A stretch of DNA of 64,000 nucleotides, from assembly GCA_948485625.1 (NCBI GenBank), contig CAOMRW010000002.1:4452-68451 (forward strand), written 5' to 3'. The stretch is from an uncultured Clostridia bacterium (GTDB lineage: Bacteria > Bacillota > Clostridia > TANB77 > CAG-508). Of this stretch, positions 59,401 to 64,000 are shown piece by piece. The position numbers were made by a program, and so were the translations under genes. Within the stretch, counting starts at the first letter, position 1, and the number at the start of each line of letters is the position of its first letter. The notes below the pieces were generated by a model that saw only the letters and a program-made list of their open reading frames with translations, had not been told where the DNA came from and did no database searches.

Positions 59401-62316
59401 TTTCAAACTTGATTCTTTTAGTATATATGTTTTTAATTCAAAATCATTCTCATCAGTTTCTTTCCCAGAAGTAAGACTTCTTTCTTCTGTAACCTTTTCA
59501 TCTTTACCAGTATCTGGATTAAATTTATAATACTCATATATTGCCTTGGTAGCTTTTATTCCTTTTGGCATATTATCTACTATCTTGATTGTTGTTGCTA
59601 TTAAACCATTATTAGTTACAGTTATATCATACTCAATTTCATCAAAACTTTTTAATTTTTGACCTTCAGTAGGACTTTCTTTTATTACACTTACACCTGT
59701 GTGATATACAATTTTTTCTTGATTATCAGCTCTATATTTATCTGTATTCTCTCCATATACAATTACATTTATAGGAATATTATATTCATACTTATCATCC
59801 TTTAAATTTGTAGCAGCTAGAGTTACTAAAAATCCATGTTCTGAATTTGCCTTAATCTCATCAAACTTTAATTTCAAATTTCTACTTTCTTTATCATAAT
59901 CTGCATCTGAATTAGCATCAGTACATTTAAGGAATTCCATTTCTTCTGAAAAGTCAAACTCTGCAATTAGGTTTTTAATATCTTCATCTGTCTTATTCTT
60001 TATATTAACTAAAAAAGTCCATGCATCTTTTGAATTAAGAAAGAACTGTTGCTTTCCTGGATAAAGTTCAATACTCAATTTAGCATTTTTAGCAATAGAT
60101 TTTATTGTCTTACTTAATATTTGTTTATCATTATTAGAAATATTTATTACATTATCTATGTCTTTCTGTAATGTTCCTTCTAAATCTTTTACCATTACCT
60201 TATAATTCTTAACAATCTTTCCTCCTACTGGTAATTCCTCTATCTGAAATTCTACTTGTTTTCTATCTTCCTCTTTTATATATAAATCATTATATATTTC
60301 ATCTTCTGATTCATCTCTATCAGGATTTGCTACCTCCCCATCTTTTGTAATATACACTGTACCCTCTGGTACATTTCCCATTAATTTTAAGTTTTTTATT
60401 GAATTAATACTATTATTAGTCATTGTAATTGTATAATTTATAACTTCATCTTCGTAAACTATATCACCATCTTTTAAAATGTCATTTCCAACTTGTGCTT
60501 TTATTTCAACATTTAATCCATCTATACTTGTAATATTCTCTTCATCATTTACAATACTACTTTGAGAATCATCCTCTAAATCATTTTTTGTATTAATAGA
60601 ATTTATCTTAATACTATACTGTTTTAAATCTTTCCCTTCATTTTGATAATCATTTACACTACTATTCTCATTTGAATATATAACAGATAAATTTGTCGTA
60701 ATCGCTGATATATCTTTCTTTACTATAACAGTAGCAGGAATCACAATATGTGCACCATCAACAATTGCACTTTCTATATATCCTTTTTGACTTCCATCTA
60801 CTTCTATTTTAATAACTTTACATCCATCTTTTTCTATAACTTCTGCACTCTTTATTTTTAAATTATCGTCATATAGTGCAGAAACATCTCCTAGAATAAC
60901 TTTTTCAACTTCTGATGGTAACTTAATTTCAATTACAGGATTTTTAAATAAACTATATCTAACATTATTAGTAACTAGTATAGCTGTCATAATAACATCA
61001 TTTTGTATACTATTTGTCCATTCTGTCTTATCAAGTGATAAATCAATCTTTGTTTCAGAATCTTTTATTTCTATTTCATTATTATTTACAAAACTATATA
61101 TCTCTTTATTATCTTCTACAATCTCTTCTGTTTCTTCATTTTTATCTTGTACTTTATCAATACAACTAATACTACTTGTAACTTTAATTCTATTATTATC
61201 TACTTCGGTCATATCTTCTTTAATTTGTTTTGTATTTTGAAGTGAAAGCTTACCAATATTTATTAATTTACTTGTTCTTATGCTTAAGCTATTTACTTCA
61301 TTTTCATATATAATTTCATAAATGCCATTTTCTCCAACTTCAGTATCTTTGTTTATTTCTCCTAAAACATCACCATCTTTATCTAAAATTTGTAAATAAC
61401 CATTTTCACCTAACATATTCATTAAATCATTTTTGTTAATTTTTGTTGATTTATATATTATTGACTCTGTATCAATATTATCACCTTTTTTATTTACAAA
61501 ATTATTATCTATACTTACATTAACCTCATCAGACACATCTTTCTTGCTTATATCTATCTCAAAATTCTCAATATATTCAGTTCCATATGTTGTAGCATTT
61601 TGAGCATTAGAATTTATATATCCATTATAAATTTCAGATGATTTTACATTTGTTGATATTAATCCAGAAATATTTTCTGTTACTGTATATTCTTGCATAA
61701 TATCACATTTTACTTTAACTTCACTATCATCTTCATTTTTTATAATTGATTGAACAAATCCTGAAAATTCTAGTACTCTTTCAATATCACTATCATTATA
61801 GCAATTAGAATCATAATAGCAAATAACAGTATATTCATCTCTTGCACCATCTACATTTTCACTATAAATATTTCCATTATCATCTTTTTCATTAACAGCT
61901 ACAATTCGAAGTTCTCCTGTCTCTTTATCATAATCAAAAGAAAAATCCTTTGCTTCATCATTTCCATTTGTTGCTTTTGTAGATTTGCCTATAACTTCTA
62001 CACTATCTGGATATTTACTATTAATTTCAGAAAGTTTTAATGAACCCCCCATTGCCTGTAATGGCTTATATTCTTCTCCCTCTCCATATTCAATTCCAGT
62101 CTTTAAATTAATTTGCATCAATACCCCTGTATTATTATCAATATTATAATTGACATATTTCTCCAAATTAATTTCATACAATAAATGTATTTTAGACTCA
62201 TCAATAATTCCTTGTATTGCATCAACTGCTTTAGACACAAGCAATAACAATGAACTATTTATTAATAACATCATCAAGACTAAAATAACAACTATCTTTT
62301 TCATTAGTTCTTTCAT
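53461..62316 (-). CDS. 2951-aa surface protein ORF = in-frame fusion of an A-type (aa 1-1382) and a B-type (aa 1383-2951) giant adhesin-like protein; C-terminal VPPTG sorting signal
   Basis: Signal peptide at the N-terminus. A-type part ends ...IISVKTG-IVTYLIYGIIGLVAMLIIAVII-KNKKKRY (sorting-signal-like), then runs without a stop into MICIIILAISTIFIKSVSVIAFQ (signal-peptide-like; ATG 58170..58168, in frame). B-type part carries Cna-B/SdrD-B modules (GYVWEDIQTSK...GEYVFP; LVFEDSTSAE...GEYYIQYQYG). C-terminus VPPTG + hydrophobic helix + KKKLLD. Confidence 0.8.
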   Translation of the reverse strand: MKELMKKIVVILVLMMLLINSSLLLLVSKAVDAIQGIIDESKIHLLYEINLEKYVNYNIDNNTGVLMQINLKTGIEYGEGEEYKPLQAMGGSLKLSEINSKYPDSVEVIGKSTKATNGNDEAKDFSFDYDKETGELRIVAVNEKDDNGNIYSENVDGARDEYTVICYYDSNCYNDSDIERVLEFSGFVQSIIKNEDDSEVKVKCDIMQEYTVTENISGLISTNVKSSEIYNGYINSNAQNATTYGTEYIENFEIDISKKDVSDEVNVSIDNNFVNKKGDNIDTESIIYKSTKINKNDLMNMLGENGYLQILDKDGDVLGEINKDTEVGENGIYEIIYENEVNSLSIRTSKLINIGKLSLQNTKQIKEDMTEVDNNRIKVTSSISCIDKVQDKNEETEEIVEDNKEIYSFVNNNEIEIKDSETKIDLSLDKTEWTNSIQNDVIMTAILVTNNVRYSLFKNPVIEIKLPSEVEKVILGDVSALYDDNLKIKSAEVIEKDGCKVIKIEVDGSQKGYIESAIVDGAHIVIPATVIVKKDISAITTNLSVIYSNENSSVNDYQNEGKDLKQYSIKINSINTKNDLEDDSQSSIVNDEENITSIDGLNVEIKAQVGNDILKDGDIVYEDEVINYTITMTNNSINSIKNLKLMGNVPEGTVYITKDGEVANPDRDESEDEIYNDLYIKEEDRKQVEFQIEELPVGGKIVKNYKVMVKDLEGTLQKDIDNVINISNNDKQILSKTIKSIAKNAKLSIELYPGKQQFFLNSKDAWTFLVNIKNKTDEDIKNLIAEFDFSEEMEFLKCTDANSDADYDKESRNLKLKFDEIKANSEHGFLVTLAATNLKDDKYEYNIPINVIVYGENTDKYRADNQEKIVYHTGVSVIKESPTEGQKLKSFDEIEYDITVTNNGLIATTIKIVDNMPKGIKATKAIYEYYKFNPDTGKDEKVTEERSLTSGKETDENDFELKTYILKESSLKIKIFAYVEPVDEIMEAENTAIVYGDNIETKISNSIKNTILPVDYEDPEEPDNPDKPVNPEEPDNPNGSEENKAYNISGIVWIDQNRDGKRDEKEELLGGVTVKLFDSDTNSIVVDKNNNIVKTLTGNDGKYKFEDIEQGNYLVLFEYDTNRYSITKYQRNGVTDSLNSDAINKIVSIDGIEKEVGITDILKVDNKDLNNIDLGLILNPTFDFRLDKYVSKITVNNNSGTKVTEYNNSKLAKVEIPAKQLDSSDVLIEYKIIITNEGEVEGYIKEIVDYLPSELTFSNELNKGWIRNSSGDLKNTTLSNVKVQPGESKELTLVLSKRLSQNNIGRIVNEAEISELVNTKNLKDIDSVAGNRSQTEDDYSKAEVIISVKTGIVTYLIYGIIGLVAMLIIAVIIKNKKKRYIFMICIIILAISTIFIKSVSVIAFQRHYQHLDGTDCPNNGDTVEENGHFIIKWFSLGEHYQSGTWSTVNQGQPYWCLDPGEHLSKNGCDLYYWKQEYSVGTSEQEVMAWVERGPCSIPFNYNGTMREYYHNLFSNVSSTGSAGITLDAIDNSNAKMVKNTSTYSIVGPYKVNYTTTTSNVTGEIVSCKVDGKEVNANICDINGNTVRNINNGDNIYIYVSESSIGQLYFDLQLNTEKVLLYIDARVNLYYRCKCTAGNPKNGYQTLITMNPEEVYGAATDTKGINTMLGGNIEITKKDADTNAGLTGAQIRITGPNGYDQTFTMEASTIKVTNLLPGDYYVQEVGAPNGYNMSLQVASTTVNIVSGKTSNITFTNKKYGNLIVEKVDQSKKQDNMTGNTLHQLEDIVFRNVKFKIYYTTPTDGTPRFIGSDYRENGSAPSTFTPTDENNAKVFVTDNNGQFRLNNIPQYYTYHIKEIEIPSDMSQYYDVSSNILSVTLQNNADGTNTNTQFPNAQLRVDLEGYVWEDIQTSKTATRNELYDNNGIDKRIGNILVSLKKNGTIIAQRRTNANGEYVFPAKGTYNANGTGSQYTINISELSQYSVEFEYNGLKYQSVIKNLTRDNGSKADEKSVDRTTLNDNYSSISGGNTKTSTRTEGKTGTGVELNYTSGENWNSELVQNTGYTAESLTGSTDVSKAKMLADTGTAGYAIRWSTGVKTIRNINLGIYRRAQPDLAIATDIDDIQLAINGYTHTYEYKQRNPYMNNGVPDVDINKGYDAALDGFSVGVKNASGNYKNCSYTRGIYDSYIAYTKEDPSNENRLRVFVTYKIAVKNESGSLYSRVSLNNYADTRFEKVEESYYTNNSGARVNVNWTNVGNSNGTNIWQTNELENINPAESIMIYLKYEVNTDTIVSLANLKDGQELNINRNLTEINSYTTYAKDGSKYGGIDEDSAPGNVDYNSSDTYEDDTDVAPDLKFTRKESKIISGLVFEDSTSAELKTNQERKGNSVYDDGEKKIENVEVKVQNYDDDTTTQLYNLDEEGNVVIKNAQYLTDSNGEYKIQGLVPGEYYIQYQYGKYDYTDTNDANKVINIQTKMGDIPITTQDYKSTIVNESKYKVLIENNKKETPNGRQNLLASGLIHENESNPDDIWYWYRRNENSLDSSAVDDKEIRNNINNYLSTINYATKTDYENSESNEYKNMLAYTGIMDFAIEDHRQQTTPNEYSEGSRVYKINFGIAERPRQSIQVNKEISRIAVVLANKQVLIEGDPRKDDINYVTYPDFGPVKIEVDNEIIEGATLDMTYDIRIDNRSELDYDDTKYYRYGDTNGLTPVKIALHSIVDYVDEKLSITYDINNSSEFTYYNPSNTNETRWQLQGDVAMLADNKLTGIDISPDVYNAIKNRNNIVVKNLEKKELAPNEYTRMNLSAKKLLTDLNNNDQVFDNYIELLEVSNSVGRFYGEMVENKGWELATPGNFNVRNATDKNSSNDECDNSYYGRYNRYINDTEIPKPSPGTDPDPNVPPDEPYTPHDAKLVIVPPTGAENIIIYVLVGLGSLVILSCGIVLIKKKLLD

Positions 62317-62540
62317 ATAAAATCCTCCTTGTTATAAAAAAACAATTATCCTTATGTTAATTATAGTTGCAATACTCTACATATTCAAGTCACATTTTTT
62401 TCCAAAGTTTTTATATTACAACATTAATATTTGAACTCTTTAGGGAAAAACGTTTTTATAATATTTATATATCTAAAATTAAGTTTATTTTACATTTTTA
62501 TTACAAAGTTTTTACTTCAGACAAAATAGATATATAAAAA

Positions 62541-62590
62541 TTTTAAAAAACGTTGTTAAAATGGTTAAAATTCAACCATTTCAACAACGT
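62541..62590 (-). terminator. intrinsic terminator after the DUF4143 ATPase gene
   Basis: 17-bp stem acgttgttaaaatggtt / aaccatttcaacaacgt (one mismatch), followed on the minus strand by ttttttaaaattttt. Confidence 0.6.
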
Positions 62591-62626
62591 CTATTCTAGT
62601 TTCCCCTCACTTTTTAGTATTATATG

Positions 62627-63824
62627 TTAATTCATTAAGAAATCTATTATATTAATTACTTTAATACCATCAATTTCTTTATTTTTTACTTTATCCATAG
62701 TTAATATAATTTTAGGATAGTTATCTTTAATTGAAAGTAAAGATTTTTTTTCTCTTTCCTCAACTTTTTCATCAAGTATACTTCTTGATACTTGATAATA
62801 AACTCTTTCATCTGGTTTTATTGCTATAAAATCTATCTCTATATCATTATATTTACCAACATATACTTCGTATCCGTCTACGTAAAAGTTCGATATATAT
62901 TAAATTTTCATAACTACTTCCAGTATCATATAAAGAAAAACCACTAATTATATTTTTAAGTCCATTATCCACAAAATAATATTTTCCCTGTGTTTTTAAT
63001 AATTGTTTTCCTTTTAATTCATATCTAGGAACTCTATAAATAAAATAAGCATTTTCAATCATCTTTAGGTAAGAATCTACTGTCTCATTAGTAATATTAC
63101 TTCCATTTTTCTTCATAAAATCAGCAATTGAATTTGGGGTAGTTAAATTTCCTATACAAGTAGACATATATTTTATTAAATTATCTAAAAATACAACATC
63201 TTTAATACTATTTCGGTTTATAACATCCTTTTTTAAAACAACTTCCTTGATATCATTTAAATAATTAGTCATTAAGTTTTCATTATCATTCATATTTATT
63301 AACATTGGCATACCACCAAATTTTAAATATTTATCAAATTTATCAAATTTATCTTCATCATTATTAAATGGATATTCCGCTAAAAACTCTTTGAAAGAAA
63401 AAGGATAAATTTTAATAGTTAATACTCTTCCTGCAAGTAATGTTGTAAGTTCACTAGATAAAAGATATGCATTAGAACCTGTTATATAAATATCACAATC
63501 AATATCCACTAATAAAGAATTAACAGCTTTTTCCCACATTTGTACATTTTGAACCTCATCTAGTAAAATATAATTTTTACCTTTTGTAATCTTATCTTTA
63601 ATATAGTTATATAAATCTTTATAATCCTTTATATCATACCATTCTGCACTCTCAAAATTGATATATATAATATTTCTTGAGGATATTCCTTGAGATATTA
63701 GATAGTCTCTATATTGAAGTAACAATGTACTTTTACCACTTCTTCTAACACCAGTAATTACTTTTATTAAATTTAAATCTTTGCTTTCAATTAATTGATT
63801 TAAATATTTTTCTCTTTTTAGCAT
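62627..63824 (-). pseudogene. AAA_14 + DUF4143 ATP-binding protein, C-terminal part displaced by a frameshift near 62880
   Basis: ORF 62853..63824 carries the P-loop GVRRSGKST and ILLDEVQ and ends ...ELLRRRIRSICW*. The expected DUF4143 C-terminus (GYEVYVGKYNDIEIDFIAIKPDERVYYQVS...IDGIKVINIIDFLMN*) continues in another frame from about 62880 to 62627. Confidence 0.65.
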
Positions 63825-63960
63825 ACTATCACCTCTAATAATATTTTATAATATTTTTCAAAAATAGTCAAGTTTTACGTTTATAACCGTAAAACTTTAT
63901 TTTTTATTTTTTTTTACGTTTATATATTATATGCAAAAAAGTACAATATATACAATAAAA

Positions 63961-64000
63961 GAAACTGTGGTGATTAGGGGCCAGGTCTTAAATCCTCATT
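63961..64000. repeat. palindromic MITE/REP-like element (copy 3, truncated by window edge)
   Basis: aaactgtggtgattaggggccaggtcttaaatcct shares ctgtggtgatt and ggccaggtct with copies 1 and 2. Confidence 0.45.

Overview
AT-rich (about 27% GC) Firmicute chromosome segment that looks like a Clostridium-type spore former, with almost all coding on the minus strand. Housekeeping blocks recognised: radC-mreB-mreC-mreD-PBP2-minC; mecA; an M23 peptidase; two Coat-F-like spore coat genes; pcrA; prfA with a ZIP transporter; a YhaO/YhaN (SbcD/SbcC-like) pair; ddl-murF; an alpha/beta SASP; a VanW protein; sleB/cwlJ-ypeB; ugtP-like GT28; recR-ybaB-dnaX with an unannotated SRP RNA upstream; tRNA-Arg(CCT). 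Accessory content: (i) two paralogous loci of giant secreted Cna-B/SdrD-B/DUF11-repeat surface proteins. At 1..8139 they are an A-B gene pair, with B running off the window edge. At 53461..62316 the A and B genes are fused in frame, leaving an internal anchor plus an internal signal peptide. (ii) Three paralogous proteins share a nearly identical pilin-like N-terminal signal anchor joined to unrelated C-terminal domains (FGE-sulfatase-like, discoidin-like, unknown). (iii) A decayed conjugative-element remnant at 31155..37400: frameshifted VirD4/TraG coupling protein, DnaJ-like protein, split AAA-ATPase/PD-(D/E)XK gene, and small hydrophobic peptide ORFs. (iv) A GC-richer P-loop kinase-CYTH fusion gene with its own sigma-70 promoter. 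(v) A family of about 100-bp palindromic MITE-like intergenic repeats and a recurring 19-nt intergenic motif. No CRISPR array, rRNA, integrase or transposase seen.
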